From an uncultured Clostridia bacterium (GTDB lineage: Bacteria > Bacillota > Clostridia > TANB77 > CAG-508): 64,000 nt of DNA. Each line of letters opens with the position of its first letter. Position 1 is the stretch's first letter. The DNA lies in assembly GCA_934130085.1 (NCBI GenBank), contig CAKOXK010000002.1, positions 97,049 through 161,048 of the forward strand, given 5' to 3'. The position numbers and the translations under genes are program-made. The notes beneath the pieces are model-generated. The model ran no database searches, had not been told where the DNA came from, and saw only the letters and a list, made by a program, of their open reading frames with translations. Shown here one piece after another: positions 38,054-47,355 of the stretch.

Positions 38054-38746
38054 TTAGTCGGCTTTTGCCCAGATTACTAGTCTTGATTGTACGTCATCTG
38101 TACAAGTTGATAGTGTTATTTCCATTTTTCCTGCTGTATCTCTTGATGCATATTCGAAGTCTGATGAGCCTGTTTCATATATGTTGTATACTGTGTATTT
38201 TACTCTTTTTCCAGTTGTATCAGTTATATAAATTGCATCGTTTTCTTTTACATTTTTTAGGTTTGAAAAGAATGTTCTGTCTCTATAATTGTGTCCCATT
38301 ATAACTGTGTTTCCTACTTGATTTAGACCTGGGCCATAAGATATTCCAACTGATGCTTCCATTGATGCTTTTGTGGCTCTATCAAGTACTGGGTAACTTA
38401 AGCTGATTGATGGTATTTCTATTTTACCGCATACAGTGAATCCTTTATAAGTTTGAACTGCCGCTGTTCCATTTCCGGTTTGGTTACCTTCTCCTTCTAT
38501 TGTTGAGTTAATATTTAATGATACTCCATTTTGTGTATTATTTGCGTTACTGTTTCCGGTTTGGTTTCCTCTGTTTATTATTGTTTCTATTTTATTATCA
38601 AACTGGTTTAGTGCTTCATTTGCTCCTTTATTTACATAGTATCTCTTATATACATTATATCCCCAAAAGCCAAATACTCCTAGTGCAATGATTGCAACTA
38701 CTATTATGACTATTGTCAATATTTTATTATATTTTTTATCAAACAT
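38054..38746 (-). CDS. Sortase-family transpeptidase (class A/D-like)
   Basis: N-terminal TM, then a N/G/Q-rich linker. The catalytic region has 'IEIPSISLSYPVL', 'IMGHNYRD' (His) and 'ITLSTCTDD' (TLXTC Cys). Confidence 0.8.
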   Translation of the reverse strand: MFDKKYNKILTIVIIVVAIIALGVFGFWGYNVYKRYYVNKGANEALNQFDNKIETIINRGNQTGNSNANNTQNGVSLNINSTIEGEGNQTGNGTAAVQTYKGFTVCGKIEIPSISLSYPVLDRATKASMEASVGISYGPGLNQVGNTVIMGHNYRDRTFFSNLKNVKENDAIYITDTTGKRVKYTVYNIYETGSSDFEYASRDTAGKMEITLSTCTDDVQSRLVIWAKAD

Positions 38747-38965
38747 CTCTTATTTCTCTTTCAACTTATTTAGATTTTACAAAATCTATAAAATTTTCTG
38801 CTGTACTTCGTTATGATTTCTTTATCTTAATTATCCTTATATTTTGTGCTACTTTATTGTTGATTGCTTTATTTTGCTTCACTTTTATGTATTATTTTAT
38901 TTGCCTTATTTTGTTACTATATTTTATTCGTTTTATTTCTTTATGTTTTATTTTTGCCTTTTATT

Positions 38966-39343
38966 TTATCTTGTTGGTAGTTTTGTTCCTCCAAGTATAT
39001 GGAAGTGTAAATGTTGTACTGCCTGACCTCCATCTTCGCCTATATTTGTAACTACTCTGAAGCCCCTTTTTGCTAATGTTTCTTTGCCTAATACCTCTGG
39101 TGCAATATCATCTCTGTTTGCAATTTCTTTGATTACTTTGAATATTTTTGCTAATAACTTTTCATCTTCTAGTTCCATTACGCTTAATATGTGTTTCTTA
39201 GGAATTACAAGTAGATGTACAGGTGCTATTGGATTTATGTCTTTTATTACTATTACATCATCATCTTCATATAATTTTGTTGATGGTAGTTCGCCTTTTA
39301 TTATTTTACAAAATACGCAGTTCTCTTCCATGTTTTCCTCCAT
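38966..39343 (-). CDS. HIT-family (histidine triad) nucleotide hydrolase
   Basis: 'HLHFHILGG' histidine triad and an N-terminal 'CVFCKI' zinc motif. The true start is probably 'MEENCVF' near 39328. Confidence 0.85.
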   Translation of the reverse strand: MEENMEENCVFCKIIKGELPSTKLYEDDDVIVIKDINPIAPVHLLVIPKKHILSVMELEDEKLLAKIFKVIKEIANRDDIAPEVLGKETLAKRGFRVVTNIGEDGGQAVQHLHFHILGGTKLPTR

Positions 39344-39452
39344 ACTTAATTTATTTTTTTCAACACTAGCTTCTTTTTCTTGTTTTTTCTTTTTATGTTA
39401 TTTTTATTTTTTTGTTATGCGTTTCTATTTTATATTTTGGTCTTTATTTTTA

Positions 39453-41204
39453 CTATTCTAGTATTGCCTTTATTCTTCTTACCCCAGCTGAGCTTGCCTC
39501 TTCTTTTACTATTTTGAAGTGTCCTAATTCTCTTGTATTGTTTACATGAGGGCCTCCGCATATTTCTTTTGATACATTTCCTATTGTGTATACGGTTACT
39601 TCATCTGGATATTTTTCAATGAACATACATTCTGCCCCTGATTTTATTGCTTCGCTTTTATTCATTTTTCCGTTTTTTACATCAAGGCCATCTTTTATCC
39701 ATTCATTAACCAAATCTTCTGTTTTCTTTTTTTCTTCATCAGTCAATTTATGGTCACATGAGAAGTCAAATCTCATTCTGTCTTCTGTAATGTTTGATCC
39801 TTTTTGATGACAATCTTTTGAAACTGTTATTTTTAATGCTGCATTTAATAAGTGTGTTGCTGTATGATATGCAATCTCTTTCTGGCTTGTTCCTGCAAGT
39901 CCACCCTTAAATTTTTTGTCAGATCCTAATTTTGATTTTTCTTGATGTGCTTTGAATAGTTCATTTACTTCTTCCATGTTAACTTTCATGCCATTTTCAA
40001 TCGCTAAATCTTTAGTAACTTCTGGTGGGAAACCGTAAGTCTCGTATAATTTGAATATTGATTCACTATCAATTGTATCTTTATTTTCTGATTTTAGTTT
40101 GTTTAACACTTTATTAAATTCTTTTTCTCCATGAGATAGTGTTTTCATAAACTTATCTTTTTCAGCTACAATTACTTCTTTTATTGTTTCTTTTTTATCA
40201 ACAAGCTCTGGGTACATCTCTTTTAAGTTTTCAATATTTAAATCAACTAGCTCTGGTAGTTTATCAAGGTCAATTTGTAATTTGTTCAAATGACGTGTCA
40301 TTCTACGAATTAATCTACGTAAAATGTAACCCCTATCAATATTACTTGGTCTTCCTCCATCTGATATAATCATCATGCTGGCTCTTAAGTGTTCTGCTAC
40401 AATTCTTCTGCTTTCTATATTATCATTCTTTGCAAGTTTTTGTAATTCATCCATAATTGGTGCAAATATTTCTGTATCAAATGGAGTTTTTTTACCTTGT
40501 AATAGCATTGCCATTCTTTCAAGACCTAAACCTGTATCAACATTTCTTTGGGCAAGTTTTGTATATTTTCCATCCTTTTTCAAAAATTCCATGAAAACAT
40601 TGTTCCAAATTTCAACATATTTTCCACAGTCACATGATGGCTGACAATCAGGTCCACAAGCAGGCTTCCCTGTATCATAGAACATTTCTGTATCAGGTCC
40701 ACAAGGTCCTTCTTCACCTGCAATCCACCAGTTATCATCTTTACCATAGAAATATATTCTCTCTTTTGGTATTCCTGCCTTTTCCCAGCATGTAGCTGTT
40801 ACATCATCTCTTTTACAGTCTTCATCACCTGCAAAGCATGTAACAGATAGCTTCTCTTTTGGTATTCCAAGTTCTTTGGTTAGAAACTCGAAACTCATGG
40901 CAATTGCTTCTTCTTTAAAATAATCACCTAAAGACCAGTTACCTAGCATTTCAAAATAAGTTAAGTGACGGTTATCTCCAACCTCATCAATGTCATTAGT
41001 TCTTAAGCATTTTTGGTAATCCGTTAATCTCTTGCCCTCTGGGTGCTTTTCACCTAATAAATAAGGTACTAATGGTTGCATTCCAGCTGTAGTAAATAAT
41101 ACAGATGGATCATTTTCTGGTATCAATGAGGCACTTGGTATTACTTTATGACCGTGTGCTTCAAAAAATTTTAAATATTTATTTCTAATCTCTATTGCTT
41201 TCAT
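39453..41204 (-). CDS. alaS: Alanine--tRNA ligase, short form (catalytic + tRNA-recognition + compact editing module; no C-Ala domain)
   Basis: 'IRNKYLKFFEAHGHKVIPSASLIP', 'LFTTAGMQ', 'GNWSLGDYFK' and 'VDTGLGLERM' are class-II AlaRS core motifs. 'HTATHLL' and 'ICGGPHV' are editing-site motifs. The protein is ~583 aa against the usual ~875. Confidence 0.7.
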   Translation of the reverse strand: MKAIEIRNKYLKFFEAHGHKVIPSASLIPENDPSVLFTTAGMQPLVPYLLGEKHPEGKRLTDYQKCLRTNDIDEVGDNRHLTYFEMLGNWSLGDYFKEEAIAMSFEFLTKELGIPKEKLSVTCFAGDEDCKRDDVTATCWEKAGIPKERIYFYGKDDNWWIAGEEGPCGPDTEMFYDTGKPACGPDCQPSCDCGKYVEIWNNVFMEFLKKDGKYTKLAQRNVDTGLGLERMAMLLQGKKTPFDTEIFAPIMDELQKLAKNDNIESRRIVAEHLRASMMIISDGGRPSNIDRGYILRRLIRRMTRHLNKLQIDLDKLPELVDLNIENLKEMYPELVDKKETIKEVIVAEKDKFMKTLSHGEKEFNKVLNKLKSENKDTIDSESIFKLYETYGFPPEVTKDLAIENGMKVNMEEVNELFKAHQEKSKLGSDKKFKGGLAGTSQKEIAYHTATHLLNAALKITVSKDCHQKGSNITEDRMRFDFSCDHKLTDEEKKKTEDLVNEWIKDGLDVKNGKMNKSEAIKSGAECMFIEKYPDEVTVYTIGNVSKEICGGPHVNNTRELGHFKIVKEEASSAGVRRIKAILE

Positions 41205-41323
41205 TAAAATCTGTCCTTTCAATTCGTTTTCATTATAGCATATTTAGCAAAAAAATGTAAACCTTTTAAATTATAATTTTTCCGCAGTTTGACACTAAAA
41301 TTTGTTTTTTAAATTGAATTTTT

Positions 41324-42718
41324 TCAATTAATAATTTTTCCATAGGTTTCAAGGTTTTCTGTTCTGACTATTTTAACCTTTTTAATCTCGTTTTGTAAGT
41401 TTTCTGTAGTTTTTACTTTTACCATTATATAGTTTTTAGTATGTCCTTCGAAATACTCTTTTTTTCTTTCTTCAAACAACACATTTACTACTTTTCCAAT
41501 TAATTCTTGGTTGTATTCCTCTTCATTCTTATTTGATAATTCTATTAAAATCTTACTTCTTTCTTCTTTTAATTTTCCATCAACTTGGTTTGGCATCTTT
41601 TCAGCTACTGTACCTTTTCTGATCGAGTATTTGAAAATGTGCATTTTATAAAATTTAATTTTCTTTAAAAAATCACAAGTTTTATTAAATTCTTCTTCAG
41701 TTTCGCCCGGAAAACCAACAATTATATCAGTTGTCAATTTTACATCTTTAAAATATTTTCTTAATAATTTAGCCGATTCTTCAAACTCTTCTACAGTATA
41801 TCTGCGGTTCATTCTTTTTAGAGTTTCATTGCATCCGCTTTGGAGTGATAAGTGAAAATGTTCGCAAATTTTATTAAGATTTGCTAGTCTTTTCACAAAC
41901 TCTTCATTTATCAACTTAGGCTCTAATGAACCAATTCTTATTCTCTCAATATCAGTTACTTTTTCAATCTGCTCTAGCAATTCTATTAACCTAAATCCTC
42001 CTGTATGTAAATCATCTTTTGGATCAAATTTAATATAATCACCTTTATAACCATATTTTTCTCTATATTCTTTGACTTTTTCATCAGTAAAATCTTTTCC
42101 ATAAGACGCAATATGAATTCCTGTTAAAACAACTTCTTTTATTCCTTGTTTAGAAATTGCCTCTATCTCTTTTAAAATACTGTCAGCATCTCTGCTCCTT
42201 ACTCTCCCTCTTGCATAAGGAATAATACAATATGAACAAAATCTATCGCAACCATCTTGAATTTTTACCACTGCCCTTGTAAGTTCTGTGTAAGTTGTTG
42301 TTCCAAAATCTTGAAACTCCTTTTCATGCATTACATCTGAAACCTCTTCAATTTTTTCACTTTGTTTTATGTACTTTTCAACAATTTCTACAATATTATT
42401 TTTTTCATTTACCCCTACTATAATATCTACTTCAGGCATTTTTTCAAGTTCATCTTTTCCTACTTGACTATAGCAACCACAAGCAACAACAATCGCCTTT
42501 TTATTAAGTTCTTTCATCCTTCTAAGCATTTGCCTTGATTTACGCTCTGCAATATTAGTTACTGAACATGTATTAACCACACAAATATCTGGGACATCTG
42601 AATCATTAGCTATATCATATCCTCTCTTAAGAAAACTCTGTTCCATTGCATTTGTTTCATACTGATTTGCTTTACATCCTAACGTTATAAATAATACTTT
42701 CATTTCTTCTCTTTTCAA
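41324..42718 (-). CDS. MiaB/MtaB/RimO-family radical-SAM methylthiotransferase
   Basis: N-terminal MTTase domain 'KVLFITLGCKANQYE', radical-SAM 'CDRFCSYCIIP', and a C-terminal TRAM domain. Confidence 0.8.
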   Translation of the reverse strand: MKREEMKVLFITLGCKANQYETNAMEQSFLKRGYDIANDSDVPDICVVNTCSVTNIAERKSRQMLRRMKELNKKAIVVACGCYSQVGKDELEKMPEVDIIVGVNEKNNIVEIVEKYIKQSEKIEEVSDVMHEKEFQDFGTTTYTELTRAVVKIQDGCDRFCSYCIIPYARGRVRSRDADSILKEIEAISKQGIKEVVLTGIHIASYGKDFTDEKVKEYREKYGYKGDYIKFDPKDDLHTGGFRLIELLEQIEKVTDIERIRIGSLEPKLINEEFVKRLANLNKICEHFHLSLQSGCNETLKRMNRRYTVEEFEESAKLLRKYFKDVKLTTDIIVGFPGETEEEFNKTCDFLKKIKFYKMHIFKYSIRKGTVAEKMPNQVDGKLKEERSKILIELSNKNEEEYNQELIGKVVNVLFEERKKEYFEGHTKNYIMVKVKTTENLQNEIKKVKIVRTENLETYGKIIN

Positions 42719-42871
42719 TCAAATTTGCTTTCTTATTTTACTTTAAAATTAAGGCAATGTCAATAATTATGTAAATTTATTGGATGCAAGTGCGTGCAAA
42801 TTGCATTTAACTTTTTACTTGACGTTCAAATAATGTAGGTTATTAAATTCCAACAACCTAAAAAGCACTTT

Positions 42872-42996
42872 AATATTATATTGTTTTTCATGCCTTGTTC
42901 GTTTCTTTCTTCATTAGTCAAAATTGACTGTCGGAAGAAAGAAACATTCGCGCTTTGCTTGATCGCTAACGCGGCATTGAAAAACAATATAATATT
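42872..42996. repeat. MITE/REP-like structured repeat, copy 3 (A orientation)
   Basis: The TIRs are intact. The stem variant 'tttctttcttc/gaagaaagaaa' is a compensatory change relative to copy 1. Confidence 0.85.
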
Positions 42997-43039
42997 AAAG
43001 TTCTTTGTGTTCTATTTACCTTTATTTTAATGCTGCATA

Positions 43040-43855
43040 TTAACTGAACGTTTCAACCTCTACATTCAGTCTTCCGGATTTTGTTGTTCCTGTAATTTTT
43101 ATTATTCTAAATCTTCCTTTTCCTCTTACTGTGATAATATCATTTTCTTCAACTTTTTTGCTGTACGAAATTTCTTCTTTGAAATTAATAAATACACGCT
43201 CTTCATCTATAACTTTCTGAGCTTCGTTTCTTGATGAATGTATTATCTCCGCTACTATTGCATCAAGTCTCATTGCTGGAATATTTATTTTCATTATTTT
43301 TGTTTCAGGTTTTATGTAGCTTATACAATCCAATTCAATCTTTTCTATTTTAGCTTTTTGAAACCTAGTTAGCAATCTCAAATCATTTAGCAAAAATTTT
43401 TCAATTTCTTTTGCAATTATAATTTCAGCTCCATTATTAGTTACAATGATATCTCCTATCATCTCTCTTTTTATTCCTAATTTCATAAGTGCTCCAAGGT
43501 ATGTTTTATGTGTGTATTCTTCTTTTTGCCCTTTTGGAAGTGTTACTTTTATAACACTTATTATTTGATCATAAATTTCATTTCTAGATTTCAAATATGT
43601 ATACACTTCATCTGAATAAACAATTAGCATTTTTCTTTCTGCATCTTCCAATCCACCAAAAAATTCGTAGTTTTCAAAATGCTTTATTTTTAATATGTTA
43701 TCTATCTCATAAATTTGCGCCATGTTAAGAAACACAGTACTTTTGAATCCGCTTCTTTCTTTTACTGCTTTTACCTTGTCCATTACATTTGCAATTAAAA
43801 TTTTCTCTTCGTCTCTTTGTGCTTTTGATATTTCATTTAATTTATTCATAATCAA
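43040..43855 (-). CDS. YlmH-like S4-domain RNA-binding protein
   Basis: C-terminal S4 domain 'MRLDAIVAEIIHSSRNEAQKVIDEERVFINF', ~270 aa, YlmH architecture. Confidence 0.65.
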   Translation of the reverse strand: MIMNKLNEISKAQRDEEKILIANVMDKVKAVKERSGFKSTVFLNMAQIYEIDNILKIKHFENYEFFGGLEDAERKMLIVYSDEVYTYLKSRNEIYDQIISVIKVTLPKGQKEEYTHKTYLGALMKLGIKREMIGDIIVTNNGAEIIIAKEIEKFLLNDLRLLTRFQKAKIEKIELDCISYIKPETKIMKINIPAMRLDAIVAEIIHSSRNEAQKVIDEERVFINFKEEISYSKKVEENDIITVRGKGRFRIIKITGTTKSGRLNVEVETFS

Positions 43856-44384
43856 TCCTTTTTTACTTATATATTTATTAATTATAACAATTTTTTTATA
43901 TTGTCAATTCTATATCTATACATTAATTATATATATTCATCTATCTTTGCATTCTATAAATTCTATATATTCTATACATTTTATAATCTGCATTTTTATC
44001 AATAAAGCTATACATTTCTCTTTTTCACTTTGTATTTATATATTTCTCGTATCAAACCTTTTTATATTCGTAGTTCTATTTTTATTCACCAAAATACAAG
44101 CATAAAGTATAACTGCTACATTTGCACCAATTATAATTCCAATAACCAATCCAACTCCAAAAATCTTTTTGTCCCCCTTATAAATTAATAAATTTCTTTT
44201 TTTATTTTTTATATTATATGCAACGTTTTTTTCATTATTCATTTTAATATTTGTTTTGCTTTTTTTACATCGTCAAATAAGAAGCTAAGTGCAAATTTTT
44301 AAAAGTAAACTTAATTTCTTAACAACCACATTTACTTTTTCACTTGTCAGTTTTTTTACTGTCGATAGTTTTTTCTTTTTTTAC

Positions 44385-44413
44385 TTGTATTTACTTTTTC
44401 AAAATGGTATAAT
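44385..44413 (+). promoter_or_regulatory. Sigma-A-type promoter for tRNA-Gln(CTG)
   Basis: 'TTGTAT' (-35), 17-bp spacer, extended -10 'TGgTATAAT' (44405-44413), ending 15 bp before the tRNA 5' end. Confidence 0.6.
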
Positions 44414-44427
44414 GAAAAAGTCGTAAC

Positions 44428-44502
44428 TGGGGTATAGCCAAGCGGTAAGGCAGACGGCTCTGACCCGTCGATGCGTAAGTTCGAATCTTACTACCCCAAC
44501 CA
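44428..44502 (+). tRNA. tRNA-Gln (anticodon CTG)
   Basis: 'TGGGGTATAGCCAAGCGGTAAGGCAGACGGCTCTGACCCGTCGATGCGTAAGTTCGAATCTTACTACCCCAACCA': acceptor TGGGGTA/TACCCCA, anticodon loop CTCTGAC, encoded CCA. Its body is nearly identical to the TTG isoacceptor at 37647. Confidence 0.8.
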
Positions 44503-44585
44503 AAATAAAAACTCTTGCATCTTCTTTTATTGAAAATGTAAGAGTTCTTTTATATAAAATTTATTTTTTGAATTAGTAAGATATT

Positions 44586-45860
44586 TTATTTCTTTTTATT
44601 TATCCAATTTTTCCCGTCAACTATTCTAGTTACCATCATTGATGATACTGTATCTCCTACAACATTTAGCATAGTTGCTGGTGGATCTATTATTGTAGCT
44701 ATCATTGTTAATATTGGTAGTGCAGAAACTGGATAACCCATCATTGAAATTATTAACATTTCAGAGATTGTTCCTCCACCTATTGGTACTCCTGTTATAA
44801 GTAAATTTGCAAGTAATGCAATTCCTAACACTCCTAATATTGATGATACACTTCCTAAATTCGTTCCAAATAAACATACTAAAAACATTATTTTAAACAT
44901 CGAACCTATAATTGATCCATCTTTATGGAAACTTGTTCCCATTGGTATTGCTGTTTCTGCTATATCATCTGGCACTCCCATTTTTTTTGAACATTCTATG
45001 TTTACGGGAATTGATGCTGCACTTGAGCATGTTGCAAGCGATGTTAGTGTTGATGGCATTACATTCTTCCAGAATAATTTTACTCCTTTTTTACCTCCTG
45101 CAATGAGTGCATAAATTGTGTATACTATAAAATAATACAAAAATGCAATTATAGTATATATTACGAATGTTCTTAAATACCCTACTGCTATTGAGGCTCC
45201 AAAACTTCCTACTAAATAAGCAAAATAGCAGCCTAATCCTATTGGTGCATAGTACATAATTATTTTTACTATGTTTTGAACTACTTCATTTAGTGATACC
45301 ATAAAATCTAAAAATGGTTTACCCTTTTCTTTAGACATATTTGTAGCGATTCCACAAATAATTGAAAATACTAACAATGCTATTATATTATCTTTTGATA
45401 ATAGCCTGCTAAAATCGTTTACCGTTAGTAACTCGACTGTTCTTTCTGCTATTGATACATTTTCATTATTCTCTTGCTCTTTGTTTTCATCTTTTGATGT
45501 CTGCTCTTCCTCCATCAATGTTTGCTTTATTCTTTCTCCATCGTTAGGATTTACTAGTTTGATAAAGTATGTACTTGCAAAACCAACAAATACGGCAATT
45601 ATAGATGTTACTATAAAAACAGCAAAAATTGTACCAATGATTTTTCCTAACCTTTTTGGCGTTTTCATTTTAGCTATTGATGTGGTGATAGTTGTGAATA
45701 TTAGTGGAACGATGACTACTAATAATAGATTTAAAAATATATCCCCTAATGGTTTTAGTATAACTGCTTTTTCTTGAAAAATGCAACCAACGATTGCTCC
45801 TACAATAATTGCAGTTAATAAAATTATTGTAGGTTTGTAATTTGATAAAAATTTTTTCAT
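44586..45860 (-). CDS. Dicarboxylate/amino-acid:cation symporter (DAACS family) with E/N/K-rich loop insertion
   Basis: 424 aa, multi-TM, with 'CSSAASIPV' and 'AIPMGTSFHKDGS' reentrant-loop motifs. There is a low-complexity insert 'EEEQTSKDENKEQENNENVS'. Confidence 0.75.
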   Translation of the reverse strand: MKKFLSNYKPTIILLTAIIVGAIVGCIFQEKAVILKPLGDIFLNLLLVVIVPLIFTTITTSIAKMKTPKRLGKIIGTIFAVFIVTSIIAVFVGFASTYFIKLVNPNDGERIKQTLMEEEQTSKDENKEQENNENVSIAERTVELLTVNDFSRLLSKDNIIALLVFSIICGIATNMSKEKGKPFLDFMVSLNEVVQNIVKIIMYYAPIGLGCYFAYLVGSFGASIAVGYLRTFVIYTIIAFLYYFIVYTIYALIAGGKKGVKLFWKNVMPSTLTSLATCSSAASIPVNIECSKKMGVPDDIAETAIPMGTSFHKDGSIIGSMFKIMFLVCLFGTNLGSVSSILGVLGIALLANLLITGVPIGGGTISEMLIISMMGYPVSALPILTMIATIIDPPATMLNVVGDTVSSMMVTRIVDGKNWINKKK

Positions 45861-46026
45861 ATAATACTACCTCTTATAAAAAGTGGCAACTAAGATATAA
45901 TTATATCTTTAGAATTTTGTTTATTATATTCTTTATTTATAAAAAATGCAACCGTTTTAATAATTACATTGTATTATTTGTAATCCTATAGTCTATTTCA
46001 AAGTACACCACTTAGAGTTTTACTGC

Positions 46027-47355
46027 TTATATTTTTTCATATAATGATAATATTGTTTTTCTCGTTGGTTGCAATGCTGTATAATTTGCAATTACATATT
46101 TTTTTGTTTTGGTTTTATATAGTGAATTTACTGCGTCTTCTAAATTTATATAACTTTCAATGTTTTCACTTGGATAAAACGATGTTTTTATTCTTATTGC
46201 CATATCATAGGCTCTTTTGCCTGATGTTATTATTCTTGTAACTTTTTTTACATCAAAGTTAATATCCCATATCCATGATACATCAAAACCATCTGCTATA
46301 TTGTCATTTAACACAAATAGCAATTCTTTTTCATCATCATCCTCGTTTAGCATTCTTAAGCTTACATTTGCACCAGTTGGGTTTTTGGCTAAATTTATTA
46401 TAGTTTTAGAACCTTTAACATCTATCTCCTCGCATCTTCCATTATTTAATTTAAATTCTTTTAATGCTTTTCTTGGGTCAAGTGAATATAACTTCGCAAC
46501 TGCAATTACCGCTGCATAATTATAAACTGAATATATGCTATTTGCTGTTGTTTTAAGATGTGTTAATTCTTTTTTGTTTACTAAAACATCAAACTCACCT
46601 GTTTTTACATTCACATTCCTTAATTCCACAAATAAATCTTCCTTGCCAAATCCACATTTAGGACATTTAAACTTTCCAATGTGAGAATATTGATAATAAT
46701 CATACTTTAATCTTTCTTTATCAAATGGACAGAACTTACCCTCTCCTGCTTCTTTTTCTTCATCTGTTGCAAATTCATATCTATCTACACTAAAATATTT
46801 AACATTTTTATTATTTATATTAGCCTTTCCAAGCCTTGCAACATTTGGGTCATCTGCATTCAAAATCAAATTGCCATCATATATTTTTAAGAAGTCATTT
46901 ATTTTTAAAATTAGAGTTTCAACCTCTCCATTTCTATCAAGTTGATCTCTGAAAAAGTCAAGAATTACTAGTGTATCAAGCTTTATTTTCTTGAATATTA
47001 TTGGCACATAGCTTTCATCAACTTCTAGAGTAAGATAATCACAGTCAACATCTCCATTAATTTTCGAATGCTTTATAAGCTCAGAAATTATTCCAGTCTC
47101 CATGTTATTGCCGTCTGCATTTGAGACTACCTTCTTTCCATTTTGCTCAAGCATAAATTTTATGCAATTATTAGTTGTAGTTTTTCCATTAGTTGCAGTA
47201 ACCGCAATTACCTTTCCTTTGATATTAAAGTATTTAATAAAATTCTTATTTAACTTTTTAGCAATCTTACCGGGCAAATTTCCACCATTCTTTTTCAATA
47301 CCTTAGTTAAAATAAAATTAATAAATTTTGTTAGTATGATAATAAATCTATTCAT
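46027..47355 (-). CDS. murT: Lipid II isoglutamine synthase subunit MurT (Mur-ligase-like)
   Basis: 'VTATNGKTTT' P-loop, 'FFRDQLDRNGE', the Cys4 ribbon 'CPFDKE...CPKCG', and the C-terminal DUF1727 signature 'NLAKNPTGANVSL...NDNIADGFDVSWIWD'. No gatD is adjacent. Confidence 0.8.
   Translation of the reverse strand: MNRFIIILTKFINFILTKVLKKNGGNLPGKIAKKLNKNFIKYFNIKGKVIAVTATNGKTTTNNCIKFMLEQNGKKVVSNADGNNMETGIISELIKHSKINGDVDCDYLTLEVDESYVPIIFKKIKLDTLVILDFFRDQLDRNGEVETLILKINDFLKIYDGNLILNADDPNVARLGKANINNKNVKYFSVDRYEFATDEEKEAGEGKFCPFDKERLKYDYYQYSHIGKFKCPKCGFGKEDLFVELRNVNVKTGEFDVLVNKKELTHLKTTANSIYSVYNYAAVIAVAKLYSLDPRKALKEFKLNNGRCEEIDVKGSKTIINLAKNPTGANVSLRMLNEDDDEKELLFVLNDNIADGFDVSWIWDINFDVKKVTRIITSGKRAYDMAIRIKTSFYPSENIESYINLEDAVNSLYKTKTKKYVIANYTALQPTRKTILSLYEKI

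Noticed and set aside
34000-39000. Integrated prophage or integrative element at the tRNA-Gln/tRNA-His site
   Set aside because: No integrase, phage structural genes or att-like direct repeat of the tRNA 3' ends are visible. The region is treated only as an accessory patch.
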